Source: a virus (Duplodnaviria > Caudoviricetes). From it: a stretch of 64,000 nucleotides of DNA. Location: the IMG/VR virus record IMGVR_UViG_3300025367_000001, positions 3,152 to 67,151 of that record; one strand, given 5' to 3'. Of the stretch, positions 54,121 to 63,091 are shown in pieces (position 1 is the first letter of the stretch; every line of letters starts with the position of its first letter). Below the pieces are notes generated by a model that ran no database searches, was not told the origin of the DNA, and saw only the letters and a list, made by a program, of their open reading frames with translations. The position numbers and the translations under genes are program-made.

Positions 54121-54576
54121 TTACTTGATAATCCGCATGAACTTGGCTTGCTCGGCTTTACTCAACTGTTCGAACAACTCTACTACCTTATCAACTGTTA
54201 CCTTGACTTGCTTAAACGATGTGGGCTTATCTTCAGGGCGAATGATGTGGTAGAGGAACTGAGCACTTGCTCGCTTGACGGCTGGCTGGCGTTGATCTAT
54301 CTTGGCTAACTTGCGATCCCCTGCAACCCTCTCATCACGAGTTTGGGACAGAATCCTGTCCGCTTCCTTACTACTCACCTTCAAATTACCCATAAGATAC
54401 TGTTGCAACCATTCGTATCTCCACACCTTCTGAGCTTCTTTATCCTCCTTGATGTATTGCTCATGCCACACTTGGCTTTCCTCGATAGCTATACGACCTT
54501 GCTGTCCTAAGCCAAAAGCGAATTGGTCATAAGTGATAGCTGTTCCCTTTGATGCATTGATGTATGTTGTTGCCAT
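54121..54576 (-). CDS. First early protein (MATTYIN...)
   Basis: AAGGAG SD before the ATG at 54576; follows an extended -10 promoter. Confidence 0.6.
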   Translation of the reverse strand: MATTYINASKGTAITYDQFAFGLGQQGRIAIEESQVWHEQYIKEDKEAQKVWRYEWLQQYLMGNLKVSSKEADRILSQTRDERVAGDRKLAKIDQRQPAVKRASAQFLYHIIRPEDKPTSFKQVKVTVDKVVELFEQLSKAEQAKFMRIIK

Positions 54577-54668
54577 GATGTGTAACTCCTTCTTTGATTT
54601 AGATAAACAAAAAGCCAAGCGGTTAGGCTTGGCTCTGAACACCGAACCATTCCTGATCCGATACCTCT

Positions 54669-54677
54669 ATTATAACA
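54669..54677 (-). promoter_or_regulatory. Extended -10 sigma70 promoter for the early arm
   Basis: TGTTATAAT on - strand, ~90 nt upstream of the first early ORF. Confidence 0.5.
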
Positions 54678-55015
54678 GACAGGCTTTGTGGCTTGGCGGT
54701 TTGGCTATATGGCGACCCCACTAGGGGGGTATCAGCCCTGTTGGAGGGAGTGGTGACATGGTCACTAGATCATTGTTCCTTAGCCGCACAGCTAAAAAAT
54801 GTCAAATTTTGTATAAAATCAACGGCTTACAGCAAAATTTTATTAAAAATTCATGCACTTTCATGTCAAATATTTGACCAAACATGTGACATCCCCAGTT
54901 TCCCAGTTTTTTTTTTGCGCTAGCCGGCTAGCGAAAATGATACCTACAGGCATAAAACATCTATACATATTGATACCCATATGTATAAAAAACTCCAAAA
55001 AATATACATGTCAAA

Positions 55016-55046
55016 TGTTGCAGTGCAACAAAATGTGTAATAAACT
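55016..55046 (+). promoter_or_regulatory. Sigma70-like promoter TTGCAG-N17-TAAACT overlapped by palindrome TGTTGCAGTGCAACA
   Basis: 7-bp arms with 1-nt spacer covering the -35 box. Confidence 0.5.
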
Positions 55047-55092
55047 ACACAAACCGGGAAAAATGTTTCCCACAATTTACAAAGGACCTACC

Positions 55093-55221
55093 ATGTACGA
55101 TTTTTTTAAACCGATTGAGCTTAGCAAAACTTATCAGCAAACCGAAAAAGCAGTTAAAGACGCATACCACTTTTGGCTAGACGTTACGATTGACACAATC
55201 AAGATGCTAAAAGCTAAGTAA
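55093..55221 (+). CDS. 42-aa amphipathic mini-protein
   Basis: AAAGGA SD; MYDFFKPIELSKTYQQTEKAVKDAYHFWLDVTIDTIKMLKAK. Confidence 0.5.
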   Translation: MYDFFKPIELSKTYQQTEKAVKDAYHFWLDVTIDTIKMLKAK

Positions 55222-55252
55222 AAAAAACCCCCGGGCGTTTTAAGTCCGGGGG
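55220..55252 (-). terminator. GC hairpin with U-tract on - strand (possibly bidirectional)
   Basis: A-run then cccccgggc-gttttaa-gtccggggg. Confidence 0.5.
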
Positions 55253-55396
55253 CCAAACCATCACAACAAAGGAGATTTGCGCATAGCTCAAACGAAGGAG
55301 GAAAAGCCACACGCAAAAGAATAGTAACATAAAAAACAAAAACGTTGTATACTTCCAACATTCGCTCACCCCAGCGCAACCCAGGAGGTAGTTAGT

Positions 55397-56017
55397 TTGC
55401 TTTTAGAGCATTTGGTCTCAGCCTCAGCTGCAGATTTTGTCCCAGACATCGAGTCTGGTGTGGACAACTTTACCCCCTTAGAAAAGCTAGACGCCCCCCA
55501 AACCCTTGGCGCCCAAAAGCAAACGGTAGATTGGTTAAACCAGTTCTCTTCCGAAGAGGACGAGCAAGAAATACTAACAAACGCTCAAGAACAACAAGTG
55601 GCCAACGCATTCGCGGCCCTAACTACTAATTCCCCAGACGCAAAGAACCAACTACTTAATCTACAAGTCCCAGAAGAAATCGTCAGTGCCGTTGCTATGG
55701 TTAGCGGGTACCAGTGGGAGTTTGTAAAGCAAGCCAATGAGCTTCGCAGCATGTCAGTGGCCAAAATAGTAAAAGAAACGGAGCACCCCGATGCTCGCAT
55801 CCGCTTAAAAGCCTTAGAGTTGCTGGGTAAGGTAACGGAAGTAGCCTTGTTTACCGAACGCGTAGAAGTAAACCAAAAAGAAATAAGCAATGAGGAACTC
55901 GAAAAGCGCATTAGAGAGAAGCTGTCCAAGTACATGGGCAAGGTTGACGTCATTGACGTAGATGAAATTGTTGAAACTAAGGTTGTTGCAGAAAAACAAC
56001 ACTACAAAGACGAATGA
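55397..56017 (+). CDS. terS: Terminase small subunit (putative)
   Basis: TTG start with AGGAGG SD; RLKALELLGK; overlaps TerL. Confidence 0.6.
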   Translation: MLLEHLVSASAADFVPDIESGVDNFTPLEKLDAPQTLGAQKQTVDWLNQFSSEEDEQEILTNAQEQQVANAFAALTTNSPDAKNQLLNLQVPEEIVSAVAMVSGYQWEFVKQANELRSMSVAKIVKETEHPDARIRLKALELLGKVTEVALFTERVEVNQKEISNEELEKRIREKLSKYMGKVDVIDVDEIVETKVVAEKQHYKDE

Positions 56018-57546
56018 TTCTAGACTTTTTATCCCCAGAAGAGGCTCTTGCCGCGCAATTAGCGCTAAAAGACATGAGTGTTGAGGAAAAAATGCTGTTC
56101 CTTGCAGATTTAGAAGAGCAAGAACACCGTGTGCACTTGCATGGTGCGCAAAATAAGCCATTAGAGTTTGCTAAAGCGGTCTATCCGGGTTTCAAAGTCG
56201 GTCCGCAGCACCGCAAACTAGCTAAAATCTTCCAGGATGTAGTCGAGGGTCGAAAAAAGCGCGTAATTATTAATATTGCACCACGTATGGGCAAGTCCGA
56301 GTTTTCGTCCTACCTGTTTCCGGCATACTTTCTAGGTCAATACCCCGAGAAGAAAATCATTATGGCCACGCATACCGCGGGGCTCTCGGAAGACTTTGGA
56401 CGGAGAGTGAGGAACTTAATTGACTCAGATGATTACAAAAGCGTTTTCCCCAACACAGTCGTTGCCGACGACCAAAAGGCTGCGGGTAAGTGGAGCACAT
56501 CTGCTGGCGGGCAGTATTATGCTGCTGGTGTCGGGGGTGCCTTGGCAGGACGAGGCGCTGACTTGTTTGTTATTGATGACCCTCATTCTGAACAGGACAT
56601 GAAAGCAAATTCAAGGCTAGCGTTTGATAACGCCTGGTCTTGGTTTCAAACCGGTCCACTACAACGTTTAATGCCGGGGGGTGCGATCATAGTAATTATG
56701 ACGCGCTGGAGTTTGCTTGATTTAACTGGGCGGATCATTGACTACAACATAAAAAACCCGCACACGACTCCGTGGGAGATTGTAGAGCTGCCCGCTATCC
56801 TTAACGAAGATACAGACGCAGAAAAATCCCTTTGGCCAGAACAATGGCCCCTCGAAACACTGAAAGCTACAAAGGCAGTACTAGATCCTCGTTATTGGAA
56901 TGCCCAGTATATGCAGAACCCGACTAGCGATATGAGCGCTGTTGTTGGAAGAAAAGACTGGATGATATGGGAAAAAGATGACCCGCCTACTGTAGAGTAT
57001 ATTATTCAAAGCTGGGATACGGCGTTTGAAACTAAGACAACATCTGACTACTCCGCATGTACAACGTGGGGGGTTTGGTATAACGAGGAGGATGGGAACT
57101 CACCCAATTTAATCTTACTCGACGCCTTTAAAGACCGAATGGCATTTCCAGAACTTAAACAAGTAGCATTAAAGCACTACAAGGAATGGAAGCCCGATGC
57201 GTTTATTGTGGAGAAAAAAGCTTCAGGTGCCCCATTGATCCAGGAACTTAGGATGATGGGGATACCAGTGCAGGAGACCAACCCTTCCCGTGGAAATGAT
57301 AAGATGGTTCGCTTGAATGCCGTAGCTGATCTTTTTACTAGCGGGAAGGTTTGGGCGCCCGATAGGCGGTGGGCCCGGGATGTAATAGAAGAATTGGCAT
57401 CGTTCCCAGTTGGCGAGCACGACGACTTTGTGGATACGACAACCCAAGCGCTATTGCGCTACCGTCAAGGTGGGTTCATTAGTTTGGACACCGACGAGAA
57501 AGATGATTTGCAGTACAAGTACAGACGGAAGGCGGCATACTACTAA
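56014..57546 (+). CDS. terL: Terminase large subunit
   Basis: APRMGKS, VIDDP, QSWDTA, HDDFVD. Confidence 0.95.
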   Translation: MILDFLSPEEALAAQLALKDMSVEEKMLFLADLEEQEHRVHLHGAQNKPLEFAKAVYPGFKVGPQHRKLAKIFQDVVEGRKKRVIINIAPRMGKSEFSSYLFPAYFLGQYPEKKIIMATHTAGLSEDFGRRVRNLIDSDDYKSVFPNTVVADDQKAAGKWSTSAGGQYYAAGVGGALAGRGADLFVIDDPHSEQDMKANSRLAFDNAWSWFQTGPLQRLMPGGAIIVIMTRWSLLDLTGRIIDYNIKNPHTTPWEIVELPAILNEDTDAEKSLWPEQWPLETLKATKAVLDPRYWNAQYMQNPTSDMSAVVGRKDWMIWEKDDPPTVEYIIQSWDTAFETKTTSDYSACTTWGVWYNEEDGNSPNLILLDAFKDRMAFPELKQVALKHYKEWKPDAFIVEKKASGAPLIQELRMMGIPVQETNPSRGNDKMVRLNAVADLFTSGKVWAPDRRWARDVIEELASFPVGEHDDFVDTTTQALLRYRQGGFISLDTDEKDDLQYKYRRKAAYY

Positions 57547-57782
57547 TGTTTAAATTCATAAAGCGGTGGTGGAAAGTTAAAAAAATGTCCCGCGCTATCT
57601 GGCGTCAGGTTAAAATCGAGCAAACTTGTAATTTTATGTATGTAGCTGAACCTGTTGAGCGCGTACACGAGTGCTTAAAAGAATTTGGGCTTACGGATAA
57701 AGATATGCAGGCAAAATGTATGTCGTCTTTACCACCAGCGCGAAACAATAATGTAATTAAGGAAGACATAACATGCCAGTAG
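57546..57782 (+). CDS. Hypothetical protein between TerL and portal
   Basis: TAATG coupling only. Confidence 0.35.
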   Translation: MFKFIKRWWKVKKMSRAIWRQVKIEQTCNFMYVAEPVERVHECLKEFGLTDKDMQAKCMSSLPPARNNNVIKEDITCQ

Positions 57783-60280
57783 ATAAAGGTTTATACCAAG
57801 CGCCGAAAGGCCTAGAGCAACTGACTCAAAACGAGCCAGACATTGAGATTGAAATTGAAGACCCAGAAGCGGTTCATATTAACGGCGATGGCTTTGAGCT
57901 AGATATCGAAAAAATGGACGAAGTTGACGGTAGCGAAGAGTTCAATATGAACTTAGCCGAAGAACTTGATGCTGGCGCCCTTGAAACGATTGCCGGTGAT
58001 CTGGCCTCTGACATCGAAAACGATTTGGCTTCCCGCAAAGACTGGGAGCAGATGTACAAAGACGGTATTACATTGCTTGGTCTGAAGTTTGAAGAACGCG
58101 TAGAACCTTGGGATGGCGCTTGTGGTGTATTCCACCCAATGATTACAGAAGCCGTAGTTCGTTTCCAATCAGAAACAATTATGGAGACTTTCCCTGCTAA
58201 GGGGCCAGTCCGTACACAGATTATCGGTAAAGAGACCCGCGAAAAGATGGAAGCGGCGCAGCGTGTCGAAGCTGACATGAATTACCAGCTTACAGAAAAG
58301 ATGCCTGAGTTCAGGAATGAGCACGAGCGTATGCTGTGGAATCTGCCATCCGCTGGTTCTGCGTTTAAGAAGGTGTACTTTGATCCGTCTATTGATCGCC
58401 AGGTTTCGATGTTTATTCCAGCAGAAGATATTATTCTGCCTTATGGGGCTAGCGAAATTGCTTCTTGCCACCGCGTTACACACCGTATGCGCAAGACTAA
58501 ACAAGATTTGATCAAACTCCAGCGCGCTAATTTTTATACTGATGTTGAACTTGGGGAACCACAAAAGTTCCGTACTGAGATTCAAGAAAAGAAAGATAAA
58601 GAAACTGGCTTTACTGCTAGCTATGATGATCGCTTTGAGCTGTACGAAGTACATGCTGATTTAGATTTACCTGGTTTTGAAGATAAGGACGATAGTGGTG
58701 AAGAAACAGGAATTGCTCTCCCGTATGTGGTTACAATGGTACGCGGCACGAATCAGGTTTTGGCGGTTCGTAGAAACTGGAAAGAAGAAGATCCGCTGCG
58801 TCTTAAACGCCAGCACTTTGTCCACTACCAATATATTCCTGGTTATGGCGCTTACGGTTTCGGCCTTTTCCATCTTGTTGGCGGTTTTGCTAAATCAGCC
58901 ACTTCCATCTTGCGACAGCTTGTCGATGCCGGAACCTTATCGAATCTGCCGGGTGGTTTAAAATCCCGCGGTCTTCGCATTAAAGGTGACGACACTCCGA
59001 TTGCTCCAGGCGAATTCCGTGACGTAGATGTTGGTTCAGGAACTATTCGCGACAATATCCTACCGCTTCCATACAAAGAGCCATCTGCAGTTTTAGCTGG
59101 TTTAATGGACAAAATCATTGAGGAAGGCCGCCGTTTTGCAGCTACTTCGGATATGCAGGTATCTGACATGTCGGCTAATGCCCCTGTCGGTACAACTTTG
59201 GCGATCTTGGAGCGAACCCTTAAGGTTATGTCTGCTGTTCAGGCGCGTGTGCATTACGCACTACGTCAGGAATTAAAGCTAATTGCCGGTATTATTCGGG
59301 ACTACACAGATGATGAGTACACCTACGAGCCAGAACATGGCGACATGCAGGTTAAAAAATCTGACTACAAACACGTAGACATCCTACCAGTATCAGATCC
59401 AAACGCGGCTACGCTATCTCAGCGTGTTGTCCAGTACCAGGCGGTTATTCAATTAGCCCAGACAGCTCCACAGATTTACAACTTGCCAGAACTACATCGC
59501 CAGATGCTAGACGTGCTTGGCATTAAGAACGCCGATAAGTTAGTTCCGCTTGATGATGACCAGAAACCGAAAGATCCAGTAACAGAAAACATGGCTGCTC
59601 TAAAAGGCAAACCAATGAAAGCGTTTATGTTCCAGGATCACCAGGCCCATATTCAGGTACACCAGATGGCTATGCAAGACCCAATCGTTCAACAACTTGT
59701 TGGGCAAAACCCACAGGCACAAGCAATTATGGGTGCAATGCAGGCTCATATAGCAGAACACGTTGGGTATGCATACCGTCAGAAGATCGAAGAGGCTATG
59801 GGCGCATCACTCCCTTCACCAAAAGAAGAGCTTTCACCAGATTTGGAAGTTGAATTGTCTCGTTTGATTGCCCAAGCAGCTCCGCAAGTACTGGCTCAAT
59901 CTCAAGCTATGGCTGCTCAACAGCAAGCCCAGCAAAATGCAAAAGATCCTGTAATGCAAGCTGAGTTAATTGACCAGCAAGTTAAGCAGGGCGAGCTGGA
60001 GCGTAAGAAGGCTAAAGACCAAACCGATGCACAGTTTAAACAACAAGAGCTCGCACTTAAAGCGCAGGAGCTTCAGTCCAAGAAAGTACAGGCTGGGGTC
60101 GATACCGCCACAACCTTTATCAATAATCAGCAGCAACACCAAGCTACTAAACGCCAGACATTGACTAGCGGGGCCTTGCAATTAGCCCAACTAGCTCAGC
60201 AAGATAAAGAGCACAGGCTTAATACAGCAGTAACCCTAAACCAACAGCAACAAACACCTAAGGAGAGTAAAACCAAATGA
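57773..60280 (+). CDS. Portal protein with long C-terminal Gln-rich barrel
   Basis: Follows TerL; GSAFKKVY, YGFGL, P22-like size and tail. Confidence 0.85.
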   Translation: MPVDKGLYQAPKGLEQLTQNEPDIEIEIEDPEAVHINGDGFELDIEKMDEVDGSEEFNMNLAEELDAGALETIAGDLASDIENDLASRKDWEQMYKDGITLLGLKFEERVEPWDGACGVFHPMITEAVVRFQSETIMETFPAKGPVRTQIIGKETREKMEAAQRVEADMNYQLTEKMPEFRNEHERMLWNLPSAGSAFKKVYFDPSIDRQVSMFIPAEDIILPYGASEIASCHRVTHRMRKTKQDLIKLQRANFYTDVELGEPQKFRTEIQEKKDKETGFTASYDDRFELYEVHADLDLPGFEDKDDSGEETGIALPYVVTMVRGTNQVLAVRRNWKEEDPLRLKRQHFVHYQYIPGYGAYGFGLFHLVGGFAKSATSILRQLVDAGTLSNLPGGLKSRGLRIKGDDTPIAPGEFRDVDVGSGTIRDNILPLPYKEPSAVLAGLMDKIIEEGRRFAATSDMQVSDMSANAPVGTTLAILERTLKVMSAVQARVHYALRQELKLIAGIIRDYTDDEYTYEPEHGDMQVKKSDYKHVDILPVSDPNAATLSQRVVQYQAVIQLAQTAPQIYNLPELHRQMLDVLGIKNADKLVPLDDDQKPKDPVTENMAALKGKPMKAFMFQDHQAHIQVHQMAMQDPIVQQLVGQNPQAQAIMGAMQAHIAEHVGYAYRQKIEEAMGASLPSPKEELSPDLEVELSRLIAQAAPQVLAQSQAMAAQQQAQQNAKDPVMQAELIDQQVKQGELERKKAKDQTDAQFKQQELALKAQELQSKKVQAGVDTATTFINNQQQHQATKRQTLTSGALQLAQLAQQDKEHRLNTAVTLNQQQQTPKESKTK

Positions 60281-60486
60281 TGGATCTACTAACGGCTGAT
60301 TTCGTAGCCGCAATGCGTGACAAGTTGCGCACAGATATGAATAACTACACTGACGATTTGGCAAACGGGCAGTGCACAAGTTTTGAGCAGTACAAAGAGC
60401 TCTGCGGTGTAATTCGAGGCCTAGCATTTGCAGAGCGCCATTTATTCGACCTCGCTGACAATATGAAAGAAGACAACGATGAGTGA
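60277..60486 (+). CDS. Small head-module protein
   Basis: YKELCGVIRGL; between portal and GroES. Confidence 0.6.
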   Translation: MMDLLTADFVAAMRDKLRTDMNNYTDDLANGQCTSFEQYKELCGVIRGLAFAERHLFDLADNMKEDNDE

Positions 60487-60943
60487 AACCATCGCTTTGC
60501 CCCCACAAGGGTTTGTATTACCGGATGGCAGTATGCATTCGCTTGACGCAGTAGACGTAGAAGTAAATGAAGTAGCTGAGCCAACACCCGAAGAAATCCA
60601 GGTGCAAATGGCCCGCCAGCTACCTGAACCACGTGGTTGGAGAATGCTGTGTTCGCTGGTTACAGCCACAGACCAATACGATAGCGGCATTGTTAAGGCT
60701 GATGAGACTAAGAAGATTGAGGAGCTAACTTCCCCAGTTTTATTTGTTTTGAAGCTAGGCGATCTAGCCTATAAAGATGAAGCTAAATTTCCAACAGGTG
60801 CTTGGTGTAAAGAGGGTGATTTTGTTATTACCCGCCCTTATACAGGTACTAGGATCATGATTTATGGAAAAGAATTTCGTGTTATTTATGACGACCAAGT
60901 AGAAGCAGTAGTCGAGGACCCACGCGGAATTACCCGCGCTTAA
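60479..60943 (+). CDS. groES: GroES/Cpn10-like co-chaperonin
   Basis: P.GWRML, SGI, KEGDFV...Y.G, EFRVI.DD.VEAVV. Confidence 0.75.
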   Translation: MSETIALPPQGFVLPDGSMHSLDAVDVEVNEVAEPTPEEIQVQMARQLPEPRGWRMLCSLVTATDQYDSGIVKADETKKIEELTSPVLFVLKLGDLAYKDEAKFPTGAWCKEGDFVITRPYTGTRIMIYGKEFRVIYDDQVEAVVEDPRGITRA

Positions 60944-60953
60944 AGGAGCAATT

Positions 60954-61925
60954 ATGGTTTACAAATTCCCAGACGAAGACGGAAGCTTTGATGAAAAGCC
61001 AGAAGTCGAGTTAGATGTAACTGCTGAAGGCGATGTTGTTGAGGCGGATATTGTTGTTGAAGACGATACTCCTGAACAAGATCGAAAGGCGCAGCCCCTA
61101 AACCGTGATGTAGAAGATCCCTCGGATGAAGAGATTGAGGGCTATACAAAAGGTGTTCAATCGCGCATTAAAGAGCTAACGCATGCCCGTCATGACGAGC
61201 GTAGAGCCAAAGAAAAGGCCGAACGTGAGAAAGAAGAAGCAATTCGTCTAGCTCAACATGCTATGGAAGAGAACAAGAAACTGAAGCAGTACGTTCAGAC
61301 TGGTGAGACTTCCTACCAAGAGATGATGCGCGAAAAAGCCGAGGCTGAGCTTAATAATGCACGTGATAAGTTTAAGAAAGCGTCTGAAGACTACGACTCC
61401 GAGGCATTGCTTGCCGCCCAAGAAGCGTTGACTGAAGCGAAGATGAAAATTGAAGCTGCAAAAAATTTCCGTCCAAGTACTTTACAAACTCAAGAAAATG
61501 ATGTACAAATACAACATACGGCTCCAGATGTACCCAAGCCCGACGAAAAAACTCTGCGCTGGCAGGCAAAAAACCAGTGGTTCGGATCGCCGGGGTACGA
61601 AGAGATGACAGCCTTTGCATTAGGCTTGCATCAGAAGTTGGTGGCCACGGGTTACGACCCGCGTAGTGAAGAATATTTCGAGAAAATTAATTCTCGCTTA
61701 AAGTCTGTGTTCCCTGATTTACTTCAGGATGACGAGCCAGCTAGCCGTAGAACCGGTGAACCTAGTAAAAAGCCGGCAACAGTCGTGGCTTCTGCTACCC
61801 GTTCAACGGGGGCAAAAAAAACTATCCGACTTACATCCACCCAAGCAGCACTGGCTGATAAGTTAGGTATTTCACGTGAATTGTATGCTAAGGAATTTTT
61901 AAAACAGGAGGCCCGTAATGGCTAA
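60954..61925 (+). CDS. Capsid scaffolding protein
   Basis: Acidic N-terminus, coiled coil, NQWFG, position before capsid genes. Confidence 0.65.
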   Translation: MVYKFPDEDGSFDEKPEVELDVTAEGDVVEADIVVEDDTPEQDRKAQPLNRDVEDPSDEEIEGYTKGVQSRIKELTHARHDERRAKEKAEREKEEAIRLAQHAMEENKKLKQYVQTGETSYQEMMREKAEAELNNARDKFKKASEDYDSEALLAAQEALTEAKMKIEAAKNFRPSTLQTQENDVQIQHTAPDVPKPDEKTLRWQAKNQWFGSPGYEEMTAFALGLHQKLVATGYDPRSEEYFEKINSRLKSVFPDLLQDDEPASRRTGEPSKKPATVVASATRSTGAKKTIRLTSTQAALADKLGISRELYAKEFLKQEARNG

Positions 61926-62370
61926 TACTCGTAAGACGCGCGATGGCGAGAATCGCGAAACAGCTTCAACCCGTCCAATCTACCGCCCAGCGGCTACTCT
62001 GCCTGATCCTACTCCAGAATCTGGTTATAGCTTCAGATGGGTTGCTAAAGAGGTATTAGGACAAGCGGTACCAACTAACGTATCCCAAAAGTTTCGTGAT
62101 GGTTGGGTACCGGTTAAAGCTGAGGATCACCCCGAACTTATGATTGTGGGTGATGCAAATGGAAACGTTGAAATCGGTGGTTTGATCTTGTGTAAGATCT
62201 TAACAGAGCACCTCGCAGCACAAAAAGAGTACTACGAGTCGCAAGCACAAAATCAGATGGATTCGGTTGATAACCATTTCATGCGTAATAACGATGCACG
62301 TATGCCTTTGTATAGTGAGCGTAAAAGCACAGTAAGTAAAGGTGGTGGCTTCGGGAGTGGTTCACGTTAA
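61918..62370 (+). CDS. Head-module protein
   Basis: GYSFRWV...DGWVPV...GGLILCK. Confidence 0.6.
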   Translation: MANTRKTRDGENRETASTRPIYRPAATLPDPTPESGYSFRWVAKEVLGQAVPTNVSQKFRDGWVPVKAEDHPELMIVGDANGNVEIGGLILCKILTEHLAAQKEYYESQAQNQMDSVDNHFMRNNDARMPLYSERKSTVSKGGGFGSGSR

Positions 62371-62392
62371 TTAACTTTTTAGGAGGCTTTAA

Positions 62393-63076
62393 ATGGCTAC
62401 AGTATCCAGTCCTTATGGACTAAAGCCGATCAGCCTGATCGGTGGTCAATCCTTTACTGGCGGCACAATCCGCGAGTATCAGTTGACCTATAACAACACA
62501 GCACCAATTTTTACTGGTGACTTAGTGCAACTTGGCACAACCAGCAATTTACCTGGTATGCCTATTGTTGTTTCTTCAACCCCAACAACCAGTTCTACTG
62601 GTATTGCTGGCGTTTGCGTAGGCGTACGTTATCAATTAGCAGGTCAACAACTAGGCTACCCTTTGTACGCTCAGTATTTGCCAGCTAACGCGATCACTGC
62701 AGGCTATACAAACGTATTTATCCGTGTAATCGAAGACCCAGATCAGTTGTATCAAGTACAAGCTGCTGGTTCTGTAACTTATACCTCTATTGGTAAAACT
62801 GCTGCTTTAGGCAACTTTACTGGTGGTACAAGCTCTGCAACTGGTAACACAACATCTGGTGATTCAGTAATCAACGTAACTGGCTCTTTGAGTTCAGGCG
62901 TGTTGACTGTTGCTAACACCTCCGCTCTTGCTGTTAAGATTGTTGACTTGGTTAACTCCAGCTCTACATTCGGCGGCAATTTCCCTTCTAACCCCGGTGA
63001 TGCATACACTGATTTGATCGTCAAGTTAAACTTTGGCGTACATCAGTACTATCAATCCGCTGGTACAGCTAACTAA
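62393..63076 (+). CDS. Capsid decoration / minor head protein
   Basis: PYGLKP, IFTGD, DPDQLY; directly precedes the capsid gene. Confidence 0.55.
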   Translation: MATVSSPYGLKPISLIGGQSFTGGTIREYQLTYNNTAPIFTGDLVQLGTTSNLPGMPIVVSSTPTTSSTGIAGVCVGVRYQLAGQQLGYPLYAQYLPANAITAGYTNVFIRVIEDPDQLYQVQAAGSVTYTSIGKTAALGNFTGGTSSATGNTTSGDSVINVTGSLSSGVLTVANTSALAVKIVDLVNSSSTFGGNFPSNPGDAYTDLIVKLNFGVHQYYQSAGTAN

Positions 63077-63091
63077 TAAAGGAGCTATAAC

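Larger units (their letters stand above)
49984..54361. repeat. Palindrome GGACAG-N4-CTGTCC, 8 copies (49984, 51525, 52313, 52476, 52935, 53290, 53994, 54346)
   Basis: Six copies with perfect arms, two with one arm mismatch; spacer AAAC/GTTT or AATC. Confidence 0.9.

Noticed and set aside
49984-54361. CRISPR array or terminators for the GGACAG palindromes
   Set aside because: Spacing is irregular (about 160-1540 bp), repeats are 16 bp, half are inside ORFs, and there are no U-tracts.
54853-55092. 122-aa ORF from 54853
   Set aside because: The upstream part is AT-rich regulatory DNA; only the SD-preceded 42-aa part from 55093 is supported.
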